A stretch of 64,000 bases of DNA. Origin: Eledone cirrhosa (taxonomy: Eukaryota). Below the pieces are notes generated by a model. It saw only the letters and a list, made by a program, of their open reading frames with translations. It was not told the DNA's origin and did no database searches. The stretch spans positions 120,218,001 to 120,282,000 of the forward strand of contig OZ024741.1 of assembly GCA_964016885.1 (NCBI GenBank), in the 5' to 3' direction. A program made the position numbers and the translations under genes. Of this stretch, positions 1-12,370 are shown piece after piece (the first letter of the stretch is position 1; every line of letters starts with the position of its first letter).

Positions 1-155
1 CAAAAATTTCTTTGAAAAAAAATGGCTAATTCCCCTCTGCACGAAGCAGCTGAAAGCCTTCCTCACAAAATAACACCTCACACCGACACCACCATTGTAA
101 ATGTTACTACGTTTGCCAACACAAAAAAAATATAAGCAGTAGCAATATTTTAAAT

Positions 156-2015
156 TTGTCTCAGGCAGACATTCATTTCCCGCCATTACCAATGACTGCA
201 GGTGTTAAAGCCTCCACCACCACCACCACCGCGACAACCACCACCCCCACCACCACCGCGACAACAGAAACAAAAGAAGAAAAAAATAAATTAACTCGTG
301 ATGTCGAAATGAAATCAAGCAAAATGGACTCTTCCGCACCAAAGACGACTGACGTCACCACCACCACAACTGAAACTAAAATTAAGATTAACACAAATAA
401 CGATAGCAACAACAACAACAATGACATTATAAAACCGACCCTCAGTTTCGCCATCGTAGCAAAACAATTCGAAGCGTTCACGGTAACTCAAGAAGATTTA
501 GAAAATGCCAAACAAATGGTAAAGAAAGATGGGTACAGGGTCAGCCTCACCCCCCACCTAATAAAATGGAGAATCGGCGCCTGTGCACCGTGTCGTATAG
601 AACAATAAATGTAAAATCGCGCCGAGTGGAACGGGCATCCGAGTCCCAAATCCAAAAAGCTTTGGGACATGTGTGGGCAAGAAAAACCCACATCAGACGT
701 GGGCAAAAGTATGGAACCGTGGATGTGTTCTTTGAAACACCAGAGGAGGCTAGAGAACACTCCATGGCCCCATTAAAAAGTGACGACCTCACACTCGTCC
801 CAAGCTATTGTGGCCAGAGACTCGTAAAGATCAGGGTGACCCACGTTCCACCGGCCATCGAAATTCCCTGGCTAATAGCGGCTGTCCTCGCCGGCATCGA
901 AGCCAACACGAAAATAATAACAGTAGCAAAAGAAAAGCAGGAAAACTGGTCCGGATCTGGGATGGAGCTCCTGATCCAAGCGGACCAAAAAAGCATTGAG
1001 GAGATCCCAGAGGTAATAGACATCACTGACGGCAGCCACCTCACGGTAATTGTCGAGGGCAGAAGACCTAGGTGTGTCGTTTGTGGTGAAGGAACCCACC
1101 TAAGGGCTTTCTGCCCTCAGGCTAAAAGGTTGAGGCCACCTCTCCTACCCACCCCAGTGACACAACCATCAACACCACCAGTAGCAGAGATGGCAGCAAC
1201 AACTGTAGCAGCAACAACAGAAGCAACTATAACAGCAACAACCCCAGCAACAGTAGCAAAACCAACACCACTACCACCACCAGCAAAACCAACACCACCA
1301 CCACCCAACGCTTCAGAACTAGCACCAGCGCCTACACCATCCACCACACCACAACCAAAACTAACGGCTGTGGAGGATTTTCCACTCCCCGGCCTATCAC
1401 AACTGGAGACAGATTGTGACGACGAGGAGTGGGAAACGATATCCGGAAGAAGAAAAAGAAACCAAAAAAGAAAACATTCTCTTCCTTCCCCCTCCAAAAA
1501 CAAAATACAGAGGGAAACAAATAAACTAAGAAACAAAAAAGTTAGGACAGATATGCCACCATCCACACCAGCATCACCAACCCCATCAACCCAAACACCA
1601 ACACCATCACCATCATTAACTCCAACACCACCATCACCTACACCACAAAAGTCACCAAAATGCGAAACAGAAACAAAACCCACAACAAACGCAAACAAAA
1701 CAAAACAACCAAAACGATACACACTACACAGCATTAAATTTGAACAACAAGCAATTATTGCACTACATCCAACACAACACCAGCATCACAGAAAAAGACT
1801 ACACAACAACCCCAAAATTCACACCACCTCCACACATACAAATCACTCGCATCACACAGAAAACGTACATGACACTAAAACAAAAATTCCCCAAAGACAT
1901 CGGAGACTTCCGACAAGCACTCTCCAGGAGGATTTATAAGGACATCCTTCCTGAGGAGGCCACAAGCAGTGAAAAGGATGGAAAAACCGTCCTTCCCCTA
2001 CGAGAAGTAAGGTAA
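156..2015 (+). CDS. Tx1 ORF1 (nucleic-acid-binding protein), split by two apparent frameshifts
   Basis: ORFs 156-608, 566-1939 and 1740-2015 join into one protein homologous to the other copies; zinc knuckle CVVCGEGTHLRAFC; Thr/Pro-rich linkers; first shift lies in the C-run near 550. Confidence 0.8.
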
Positions 2016-2049
2016 GTGGTCTTTCCCATCTTTTCCACTCCTTTTCAAC

Positions 2050-5000
2050 ATGACCTCACTCAGAATAGGCAGCATAAATGCGCGTGGCTTGGGGTCGTCA
2101 TGGAAGCAGGGCCACCTGCTCAACGACCTCAGGTCACTAAACATAGATGTAGTGGCCATCAGCGAGACCAGAATCTCCGAAGCACAGGCTTTCGCACCGA
2201 TTTTCGGCGGCTACGATGTGTACGCATCTCCCAGCCGTCCGGGATCGGGGGGAGGAGTTGCTGTGCTTTTTCGGAGAGGTTTGGATCTTGCCATACGGGC
2301 CATCTTCCTGGACCCAGAAGGTAAGTTGGTGGTGCTGGACGTGACCAGCGGAGACGGGCAAGCTTTCAGGTTAGTGGCCGTCTATGCCCCGACAGGAGCA
2401 GGGCGGCCTGATTTCTTCCGGCGTCTGGAGACCTTTCTTGGAACGTCCCGCTCTTTAGTGTTAGTGGGCGACTGGAACGGGATCTTAGATGCACGCTGGG
2501 ATTGTGTGGGATTAGTGGATAGGGAAGGAGGGTGCAAGTGTCTCACCAACCTGCTCAGACGTTTTGAACTGTCTGACAGGTACCGAATGGATTTCCCGAA
2601 TGTACCAATGTGGACTTGTACAAATCGCATAGGGTCATCCAGATCATATCTAGATAGAGTATTTTGTAGGGAAATAGATAGGTCTAGCATAAGCTGTCCA
2701 CAATTCAAGATAGTCAGCTACACGGACCACAAATTCGTGATCTGTGTGCTTGACTTACATAGGCTTCATAGACGAGGACCCGGCTACTGGAAGTTAAACG
2801 CGTCCTTACCAGCGCGCAAGGCCTACAGAGACTGGATTAGCGAACTAGTTAAGCGGGCGTTGACGGGGGCCATCGTCAACAACAAGTGGTGGTTTGCTCT
2901 GAAAAGAGCAATTAGAATAGAGTCCATTAGGTTTAGTAAGACTTTAGCAATAGAGAAAAATAGAGCAGAGGGAGAACTAGTTAGAAAATTAGATGAGGCG
3001 CTTAGCAAAGGCATCGCGACCGACGTACTTGCGGCGAAATTGGCCCTTGACCAATTCTTCAATGCAAAGCACGAAGGCTGCGTTGTCAGAGCTAGGGTGC
3101 GTGCTCTCAGACACGAGGGGACGAAAGCCGTTCAATGGGCCCGAGTGGCGGAGGCGCGTCGTGGCAACAAAGCCACGATCCGGTCTTTGGTGGACCACGA
3201 CGGGCGCATGCTACTCGATCCCGGGCAAATGTGTGAAGCTTTTCAGCGACACTTCGCTCAACTGTTCGGGGGCAGTGGCGGGCCGGATCGAGGGATGGAC
3301 TTTAGTGTCTACCTCGACGGACTGCCGCGGCTTTCGGCCACTGAGGCGGAGTGTTGCGAAAAGCCGATAACAACCGCTGAAGTACGGGATGCAATGACTA
3401 GTTGCACAAGGGGTAAATCGCCTGGTTTGGATGGTCTGCCCTATGAACTTTACGTACAAATGCCAAACTTGTTCGGAGGCCTCTTGGCGGACGTCTACTG
3501 CAACTGGCAACAGAACGAGAGAATTCCCAGCTCTGTGAGCCGAGGAGCGGTGGCGCTGCTGAGAAAGGATCCGAACAAGGGGGATAACATAGATAATTTT
3601 AGGCCCATAACTCTACTAAACACAGAGTTCAAGATTTTGGCCAAGGTGCTAGCAAAGAGGTTGGCGCTTGTCGTTGGTGGTCTGGTGGGAGAGGCACAGA
3701 CATGCGCCATTCCCGACAGATCCATCCACGACAACCTCCACCTCATGCGATACATCGTAGAGAGGGTAGCTAGGGAACCTGGCACGGGTGGGTCTTTGAT
3801 CAATTTAGATCAGTCGAAAGCCTTCGATAGGGTCGACCATCGTTACCTAGCGGCAGTCCTGAGGGCGGCTGGCTTTGGGCCCGTCTTCAGAGGCTGGATC
3901 GCTGCCATACACAGCGACATCTGCTCTGTAGTGAGAGTGAACGGTCACCTTTCGGAACCGTTCAACATCATGCGCTCGGTCCGCCAAGGATGTCCCCTCT
4001 CGTCCCTATTGTACGTATTGACTCTCGAGCCATTACTGCACAAACTGGAGACGTTGAGGGGGGTCCCGCGCGAACTAGGATGCGGAAGATCCGTGTCAGC
4101 ATATGCGGACGATGTCACCGTAGTGGTGTCGAACGCCAAACACATCGAGGCGATCGGTACTACACTTAGAGAATACGAAGCGGTGACAGGAGCAATGATC
4201 AACCAAGAAAAGTCAGTGGGCCTGCAGCTCGGCACCTGGAGAGGCAGGTCCATGCCGTCCAACAGCGTCGTCGGGCGCTGGACGGACGGACCGGTTAAAT
4301 TGCTAGGGGTCTGGTTCGGTCCAGACCTCCAGACGGACAAAAACTGGGACGAGGTGACGAGCAGGGTGGCTTCTATCACCCAGAAATGGGCCGAGAGGAA
4401 GCTATCCCTGAAAGGTCGAGCGGAGGTGGCGAATGCGTACATCGCATCCGTCATCTACTACCGCCTGACCGTCGTACCTTGTCCTAAGCCCCGCCTGACT
4501 GCGCTGGAGCGTTTGCTCTTTCGCTTCTTGTGGAAGGGACGCGCTCCGATGGTCAGGCGGTCCATCTGCTGTCAACACCCGCTACGTGGAGGGCTGGGAA
4601 TGCCGTGGCTGATGATGCGCAGACACGCGCTCAGGCTACGACATCTCCACCTCTTCCTCGACGGTGATCAGGTGTGGTCGCCGTTTGCTAGACACGTTTT
4701 TCCCCAGCTCGTCTCCTTGACGGAGCTGCAGTCCTGGGTCAAGCGAAGACCGAGAGGGAGCGCTTGGAGACTGGAATGTCTTCAGGCGCTCACAACCCTC
4801 GACCAATCGGGCAATGTGATCGGTGGAAACTCCACCTTGGCGTTCTATAGGGGATTAGTGGAGGGGAAGAGCGACGACGTACTTGGAGAAACTCTGGGCG
4901 TCGACGAAAATCAACTAGCCAATCTCTTCGGAAGGACTTTCGGGCCGGGGCCTATGGACAACTTCCAGAAATCCCTGGCCTGGCAGTGCTACCGAGGAGC

Positions 5001-5469
5001 TTTGCCAGTTCGGGATAAACTCTACAGGCATGGAGGTGCCGTCAGCCGGGCATGTCCGAGATGCGCACAGGGCGACGAAACCGTCCTGCACGCACTCGTC
5101 CAGTGTCCGAGCATTACTGACTTGTGGGTTTATGTCGAACACCTGCTGTCACGTGTAGGACGGATCCAGCTATCAGCTGAGTCCATCGTGAGGATTGCCC
5201 CGCCCCCTTCCTTTAGCCGGGAAGGGCAGGCATTTTTTATCTGTCTGGTGGCCATGGCGAAAGAGATAGTATGGTGGACACGTTTGAAAGGGCTGAAGAC
5301 GAGCACTTACCTCTTCGGTGATGCCCTGATTAACTTTTTCAAATTTCATTTGAAAAGGAAAATCAGGGTAGAGAGGGAAGTGCTCTCTTCCCAGCATTTT
5401 GTTGAAAGATGGGTGAGAGAAGCAAGCATGGCCCGAGTGAATGGGCCTACTCTGAGTATGTGTCTGTAA
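2050..5469 (+). CDS. Tx1 ORF2: AP endonuclease + reverse transcriptase + C-terminal zinc finger, intact 1139 aa
   Basis: APE motifs SINARGL, ISET, GDWN, YLDR, TDH; RT motifs KSPGLDG, FRPITLLN, KAFDRVDH, RQGCPLS, YADD; finger CPRC..ETVLHALVQC. Confidence 0.96.
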   Translation: MTSLRIGSINARGLGSSWKQGHLLNDLRSLNIDVVAISETRISEAQAFAPIFGGYDVYASPSRPGSGGGVAVLFRRGLDLAIRAIFLDPEGKLVVLDVTSGDGQAFRLVAVYAPTGAGRPDFFRRLETFLGTSRSLVLVGDWNGILDARWDCVGLVDREGGCKCLTNLLRRFELSDRYRMDFPNVPMWTCTNRIGSSRSYLDRVFCREIDRSSISCPQFKIVSYTDHKFVICVLDLHRLHRRGPGYWKLNASLPARKAYRDWISELVKRALTGAIVNNKWWFALKRAIRIESIRFSKTLAIEKNRAEGELVRKLDEALSKGIATDVLAAKLALDQFFNAKHEGCVVRARVRALRHEGTKAVQWARVAEARRGNKATIRSLVDHDGRMLLDPGQMCEAFQRHFAQLFGGSGGPDRGMDFSVYLDGLPRLSATEAECCEKPITTAEVRDAMTSCTRGKSPGLDGLPYELYVQMPNLFGGLLADVYCNWQQNERIPSSVSRGAVALLRKDPNKGDNIDNFRPITLLNTEFKILAKVLAKRLALVVGGLVGEAQTCAIPDRSIHDNLHLMRYIVERVAREPGTGGSLINLDQSKAFDRVDHRYLAAVLRAAGFGPVFRGWIAAIHSDICSVVRVNGHLSEPFNIMRSVRQGCPLSSLLYVLTLEPLLHKLETLRGVPRELGCGRSVSAYADDVTVVVSNAKHIEAIGTTLREYEAVTGAMINQEKSVGLQLGTWRGRSMPSNSVVGRWTDGPVKLLGVWFGPDLQTDKNWDEVTSRVASITQKWAERKLSLKGRAEVANAYIASVIYYRLTVVPCPKPRLTALERLLFRFLWKGRAPMVRRSICCQHPLRGGLGMPWLMMRRHALRLRHLHLFLDGDQVWSPFARHVFPQLVSLTELQSWVKRRPRGSAWRLECLQALTTLDQSGNVIGGNSTLAFYRGLVEGKSDDVLGETLGVDENQLANLFGRTFGPGPMDNFQKSLAWQCYRGALPVRDKLYRHGGAVSRACPRCAQGDETVLHALVQCPSITDLWVYVEHLLSRVGRIQLSAESIVRIAPPPSFSREGQAFFICLVAMAKEIVWWTRLKGLKTSTYLFGDALINFFKFHLKRKIRVEREVLSSQHFVERWVREASMARVNGPTLSMCL

Positions 5470-5715
5470 ATTAAAGGTGGAAAACTGGGAGAGGGCACTT
5501 GCCCTGGTGGTCAGGGCCACTGTGGTCTTTTAATGGGCTTTCTCCACAAATGTCCCTCGGAAGTCTCCCCCCTATTGGGGAATTTTTTCTTTGTTATTTT
5601 ATTTCAACCTCCGTTTTTTTTACACGCAGAAATACCCATTTGTACCGTCCTGTATTGTCCTGTACTGTCCTTAATGTCTACTTTATGTAAACCCTTGTGG
5701 TTAATAAAGAAAACA

Positions 5716-5788
5716 TTATTATTATTATTATTATTATTGTTATTAATGTATGTGTGTGTGTATGTATGTGTGTATGTATATATGTATG

Positions 5789-5819
<31 letters not shown>

Positions 5820-5836
5820 TTTTTTCTTTTTTTTTT

Positions 5837-5885
<49 letters not shown>

Positions 5886-5925
5886 TTTTTTATTATTTTT
5901 TTTTTTATTTATTTTTTTTTTTTTA
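5716..5925. repeat. Compound microsatellite (ATT)n/(TG)n/(TA)n/poly-T
   Basis: Read directly from the sequence. Confidence 0.9.
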
Positions 5926-5931
5926 AATTCT

Positions 5932-6040
5932 CGTGAAATGGCCATACTCGATAACAAGGGGGCAGCCATCATGTATGTATGTATGTATGTATGTATGTAT
6001 GTATGTATGTATGTATGTATGTATGTATGTATGTATGTAT
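5932..6040 (+). mobile_element. About 40-bp 3'-terminal remnant of the RTE family with its (ATGT)n tail
   Basis: atggccatactcgataacaagggggcagccatc-atgt matches the RTE 3' end at 43940-43972 (gtggccgtactcgaaaacgagttggcagccacc-atgt). Confidence 0.65.
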
Positions 6041-6506
6041 AACTGTCTTAAGATGACTGACATTTAATAAATGATAAGCACTGACCTGTTATGGTTGACG
6101 TTGATCATGTATAAAAAATAATAAATAAGGTGAATTCGTAATTGTTTGCAATTCTGCGAGTATTTTGGTTTGTAATTTCCTCTCCGCTTTACTTATAATT
6201 TTATATCATCATTAGACAGCTTGGTGTGGTTGTCAGAGCTGGTGTATTAATTTTACCTCCCCCCTCTTAGTATGGTTGTAATTTTCGAATGTTCCGTTAA
6301 CTTTACTTCCCTCCCTCTTAGTATATAGATAGTATATTAGCCAATGAGCAGTAGCATTGCAACATATATTTCCTGCATTCTTTCCTTTTAAGCACACATT
6401 TCCATTTCCCTCCCTCTCTTTATAGGCACACACAAGCTTCAAGTCTTCCTTTAGCAAACGCACACGAACACACACAAATATACAAGCACACAGACATACA
6501 CTTACG

Positions 6507-6552
<46 letters not shown>

Positions 6553-6672
6553 CATGGAATGCAAACATGAGATACACCAGAATATACATTAGATAAGGTC
6601 AAAACCGTGCCCACTACACAACATAAAAATAAGAAACAAAAACCCTAAAAGCACATAAATGAAAATACATTC

Positions 6673-6704
<32 letters not shown>

Positions 6705-6980
6705 TTTCATTTATTGGCCACAAGGGCCGACATATAGGGGACAATACCAAAGACTGGGACAGTGGGGGTTTTACAGAAAAATCGAGTAAACAATATAAAT
6801 AACAATAACAAAGTAACAATAACAAAGTAACAATAAAGTAACAATAAAATTACAAGAAAAAATTCCCCAATAGGGGGGATGACCACCTAGGGTTCACTCA
6901 GGTACCCCACCAGTCGTGAACGACCCGACGCTTCGAGAGCACCCTGGAAGGGCACCCCTCTCCTCCTCAAATGTACCTAC

Positions 6981-9900
6981 CTACAGCCGCATGACCAGAG
7001 TAGGACCACTCATACGGGCCATTCTCGCCACATTCACCCACCTTTCAGCAAATGTACTGGGGGGCAGCACTTCTCTCTCCACCCTCACCTGCCTTTCCAA
7101 GTGAAACTTGAAAATGTTGATGAGGGATTGGCCGAAGAGAAAAGTGTCTGTCTTCAGTCCTTTCAACCTCGTCCACCATACAACCTCTTTCGCTACTGAA
7201 GGCGGCGGGTCGATCTTCACTATGGACTCGGCCGATAGCCGGATCCGTTCTACACGCGACAACAGCTGTTCAACATAACTCCACAAGTCAGTAATGCACG
7301 GACACTGGACGAGTGCGTGCAGAACGGTTTCGTCGCTCTGCGCGCATCTCGGGCAGATCCGTCTGACAGCACTTCCGTGCCTGTAGAGTTTATCTCGAAC
7401 CGGCAGTGCCCCCCGGTAACACTGCCAAGCGAGGGATTTTTGGAAATTATCCATCGTCCCCGGCTCGAAAGTCCTCCGGAACAGACTGGTTAGTTCGACT
7501 TCGTTGACTCCCAGAGCCTCTCCGAATGCGTCGTCGTACTTGCCCACCACTAATCATCTATAGAACACGAGAGTGGAAGTTCCACTGACCACATTGCCCG
7601 CCTGGTAGAGGGCAGTAAGTGCCTGGAAACATTCCAGATGCCAGTCACCCAGTCTCGGTCTCTTCTTAGCCCAGGACTGCAGCTCAGTCAAAGAAACAAG
7701 CTGCGGAAAGGCCCGTCTGACAAACGGCGACCACACCTGTTCACCATTTAGGCAGAATATCTGGAGATGCCGCAACCTCAGCGCCTGCCTGCGCATCATT
7801 AGCCACGGCATGCCCAGCCCTCCACGTAGAGGGTGCTGGCAGCAGATGGACCGCCTCACCAGCGGAACCTGACCCCTCCACAAGAATTTGAAGAGGAGCC
7901 GCTCCAAGATGGCGAGGCGCGCACGGGGGCAAGGGACGACGGTCAGACGGTAGTAGATGACGGACGCGATGTACGCGTTCGCCACCTCCACCCGACCTTT
8001 CAGTGATAGCTTCATCCCAGCCCATTTCTGGGTGAGACTGGCTATCCTGCCCGTCACCTCGTCCCAATTCTTTTCCACCTGGAGGTGTGGCCCGAACCAA
8101 ACCCCTATCAAATTTACCGGTCCGTCCGTCCAGCGCCTAACGACGCTGTTGGGCGGTATGCACTTGCCTCTCCAGGTGCCAAGTTGCAAGCCCACCGACT
8201 TTTCCGGGTTAAGTTTTGCTCCCGTCAACCTTTCATATTCCTCCAATAAGTTGCCGACCACCTCGATTTTGGAGGTGTCCGACACCATCACGGTGATGTC
8301 GTCCGCATAAGCCGACACAGCCTTTCCGCGTCCCGGTTCGAGCGGGATGCCCTGCAACAGCTCCAGCTTCCGCAGTAAAGGCTCGAGAGTCAATACGTAC
8401 AGAAGGGAGGAGAGAGGGCACCCTTGACGAACCGATCGGGAGACCTGATACGGTTCCGAGAGGTGGCCATTAATTTTGACCATCGAGCAGGTGCCGCTGT
8501 GTATTGCGGCGATCCAGCTTCTGAAGACGAGGCCGAAGCCAGCCACCTTGAGGACAGTCTCCAGGTACCGATGGTCGACCCTATCGAATGCTTTCGATTG
8601 ATCTAAATTGATCAGAGCCCCACCGAAGCCAGGTTTACACCCTACCCTCTCTATGATGTATCGCATTATGTGGAGGTTGTCGTGTATGGACCTGGTTGGT
8701 ATTGCGCAAGTTTGCGCCTCCCCAACCAAATCCCCGACGACAAGCGCCAACCTCTTCGCTAACACCCTGGCCAAAATCTTAAACTCTGTGTTGAGCAGAG
8801 TTATGGGCCTGAAATTGTCTAATGCGTCCCTCTTGTTCTCGTCTTTCCTTATCAGCGTCACTACGCCCCGGCTCACAGAACTGGGAATACTCCCGTTTTG
8901 CTGCCAGTTGCAGTAGAGGGCTTCGAGGAGATTGGAGAACAAGTCTGGCATATTTACGTAAAGCTCGTAGGGCAGACCATCAAAACCGGGTGACTTGCGC
9001 CTCATGCAGCCGACAAGGGCATCCTGAATCTCGGCTGAAGTAATTGGCCTTTCGCAGCGCCCAGCGTCAGCCGTTGAGAGTTGCGGCAAGCCATCGAGGT
9101 AGGGACTGAAGTCCGCCACCATCTCTGACCCGCCACTTCCCCGAACAACCGAGCAAAATGTTGGCGAAAGGCCTCACACATCCTCTTGGAATCGCTCAGC
9201 TCGTGCCCGTCTCGGTCCGTCAAAGACCGAATCGTGGTTTTATTACCACGCTGCCCCTCTGCTACGCGGGCCCATCGAACAGCTTTGGTTCCCTTGTTTC
9301 TCAGAGCACGCGCCTTAGCTCTGACAATGCAACCTTCGTGTTTCGCATTGAAGAAATGGTCTAATGTCATTCTCGCCGCTAGCACGTCAGTTGCAATGCC
9401 ACTACCAATAGCCTCGTCTAACTTATCTACCAACTCCCCCTCCTTTCTATTTTTCTCTAACGCGACTTCTTTACTAAACCTTATCGACATTACTCTAATC
9501 TCTCTTTTGAGAGCCCCCCACCATCTATTGTTGACGACGCCCCCTGTCAACTTTTTCTTCACTAAATTGTTGACCTGGTCCCTGTAAGCCTTACATGCCG
9601 GAAATGACATGTTTAGCTTCCAGTAACCAGGTCCTAACCTACGCGTCTTATCTAGGTCGACCATACAGATCACAAACTTGTGATCTGAATAGGCGACCGT
9701 TTCAAAACGTGGACAGCTTACACTATTTCTGTCTATTTTCCTAATGAATATCCTGTCTATATACGATCTAGATGACCCTATGCGGTTAGCCCAGGTCCAC
9801 ACTGGCGCATTAGGGAAATCTAGTCGGTACCTGTCAGACAGTTGGAACTGGCTGATCAGGTCCTTGAGGCTTTTGCACGCCCCTCTCCTATCGGATACTC

Positions 9901-10360
9901 CCACACAGTCCCAGCGTGCGTCTAAGATCCCGTTCCAGTCCCCCGCTAACAGTAAAGGGCGAGACGTACCCAGAAAGGCTTCCAGGCGTCTAAAGAAGTC
10001 CGGCCGTCCTGCCCCAGTAGGAGCATAGACGGCCACCAGTCTAAAGGCACCACCTTTGTTATTGTTCACGTCCAGGACCACCAACTTCCCGTCCGGGTCC
10101 CGGAAGATCGACCTTACCTCGAGATCCAGGCCTTTCTTAAACAACACTGCAACCCCGCCTCCCATTCCCGGCCGGCTAACAGATGCAAAGATCTGATAGT
10201 CGTCGAAAATGGGGGCTAGTGCGTGCGTGTCGGAAATCCTGGTCTCGCTGACGACGATTACATCCATTTCTATAGACCTGGGGTCGTTGAGCAGGTGACC
10301 CTGCTTCCAGGACGATCTCAGGCCTCGAACATTTAAACATCCTACTCTTAATACGGCCAT
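6981..10360 (-). pseudogene. Tx1 ORF2 (APE-RT) with a frameshift near 9130 and a stop at 7554
   Basis: ORFs 9002-10360, 7554-9122 and 6981-7550 are collinear with the intact ORF2; YADD present. Confidence 0.9.
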
Positions 10361-10395
10361 GTTGGCAGGTTAAAAAGAGAGAGAGGAAGGTTTAC

Positions 10396-12370
10396 TTACC
10401 TTCCGGGCTCTTGTGAAGGTCGGGTTGGTCGACCTCCATAGTTGGTGGGGTTTCTTTTGGGAACCCCTTTAAAAGTCTTAAAGTGGGTTTTACGTTCGGG
10501 GTTCCCACGTCCCGAGGAAAGCTGTCTCATATTTCTTTGAATATATCGAGCGACATTCGCACCAGAACCAAATCTTCCGGCACGCGAAATGTGCTCGATT
10601 TAAAAATGTCCCCCTCTTTTTGTATATTTTCACTTCGTGCTACGAGGGCCATCAGTTCCTTGTTGGCCCTCCTGACGAGCACGAAGTTTTGTATGTTTTG
10701 TTGGTGTGATTTTATTTGTTTGCGTGGCTGTGGTGGTGATGGTTTTGGTGGTGTGTTTCGGTTGTATCTGTGTTTGTTGTGAGTGCGGTGTCTGTGGTTT
10801 CAGATGTTTGTGTGTATATTTGTTCTTGCGTCTGTTTGGGTTGTTTGCGTTTGGGGGATTCTGGTGATGGTGATGGTGGTGTTGATGTTGGTGTTATTGG
10901 AGAGATGTTTGCGTGGGTGGCGTCTGCATTTTTTATTGTGGGTGATTTTGTCCTTTGTTGAGTTTTATTTTTTTCTTATTGTGTTTCCTTTTTTGTATTT
11001 TGGGGGATTTTGGTTTTCCCTCATCTTCACTACTGGTAGATGAGGGGTCTGTGTCTGTAAGTGTGTCTGTATGTATGTTTATGGTTTTATTGGTGTGTGT
11101 ATTTATGGGGGGAGGGGGAATTTGACAGCTTTCCTCGTTTCCTCCCTGGGTGGTCAATGTTGGTGGTGGTCTTTCTATTGGTGTTGTTGTTGGTGGTTTT
11201 GCCGGTGCTGGTGTTGGTTGTGGTCCTCGCCCCGGCTTCGGCAGCAGTGGAGCCTTTCGACCCCTTGCCTCTTTCAGCAGTTGAGTGCAGAAGGCTCGCA
11301 AATGGGTTTTTCCCCACAAACAAAACACTGCGGCCTTTTGCCTTCGGTCATAATGTGAATGACCGTCCCATTCTGAAGGCGGATGTGGTCCGGGATTGTC
11401 TTCACATTCTCGGGCCTGATCTGGAGAACGATCTCCAGGTCAACCCCGGACCAGTCCTCTCTGGCCGTTCTGGTCACTTCTATAGGGACGGTATCCGTCC
11501 CCTCCACAATCACACATCCCAGAAGCCACCACATGTCAAGTCCTGGTAGGATTCTGGGAATGCGGAGACGGGCCGTTCTTTTTCCCATGTGGGAGGGGTA
11601 CATTATGACCTTGCTGGTTTTGCAAGGAGTCATAGCGTGTTTCATAGCGAGGGCTTCTGACTTTAACAACACCGAAATGGTGCCGTACTGTCTGCCCCTC
11701 TCTATGTACTGGGTGTCTTCTCTGATGCACCTCAGCGCGACTTCGACATCTTCTTGTGGGATTAAAGCTGCCCTTTTGGTTTGTGCTGAGATGCATGTAT
11801 AATGCACCGTTCTGCGCTCCACTGCCTCAATAGCTTCTACCGGGACAGTTAAGTTGGCCCAGGTTTGCTCTTTCTTGATGAGCTTCCATGCCTGGGCCAA
11901 CTTTTCATCTTTGTTTGAGAGGTCCATGTTGAAGCATGGCCTCTTTTTTGCTGCTGCCGCAGCGAAATTGTTCTTCTTGTTGTCGTTAGGGGTGTTGTTG
12001 TTGTTGTCGTTGTTCTTGTTGGTGTTGTTATCACTGTCGCTGTTATCATTGTTGTCTTTGGTGCCGCCGTTGTTCTCGGTGCAGTTGGTATTGTTGCTGT
12101 TGGTGTTGTCGCTATTTGTTTTCATGTTAGTGGTGTTGATATTGTTGTTGCATTTGTCATTTTTTTTGTTATCTGTATTTTCGTTGTCGCTGTTACTGTC
12201 ATTTTTTTCAAAATTAGAGTTCTCATTGGTATCATTGGTGTCTTTGTTTACCTTGTTTGTGGTGGTGTTTGTTGTATCAATTTCTGTTAATTTCGCCGTA
12301 GCGCTCCTCTCAACTTTTACGTCGTTGTCGCACGACAGCAGACATATCGCTGGGGGCGTGGCTCAGCCAT
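10396..12370 (-). pseudogene. Tx1 ORF1 of copy 2, frameshifted
   Basis: ATG at 12370 matches the copy-4 start (MAEP..); RGRQYGTISV; knuckle CFVCGxKTHLRAFC spans a frameshift. Confidence 0.8.

Larger units (their letters stand above)
1..5745 (+). mobile_element. Tx1/L1-clade non-LTR retrotransposon copy 1, near full length (5' end outside or at the window edge)
   Basis: ORF1 with CCHC knuckle, short spacer, intact APE-RT ORF2, 3' UTR ending cccttgtggttAATAAAgaaaac followed by an (ATT)n tail. Confidence 0.93.

Noticed and set aside
173-1734. Hydrophobic antisense ORFs opposite Tx1 ORF1 (also 11854-12414 and 38374-38985)
   Set aside because: By-product of ACA/ACC-rich Thr/Pro/Asn codons on the sense strand
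2318-2326. Second GTAAGT donor inside ORF2
   Set aside because: Explained by the codons for EGKL and not conserved in the second subfamily
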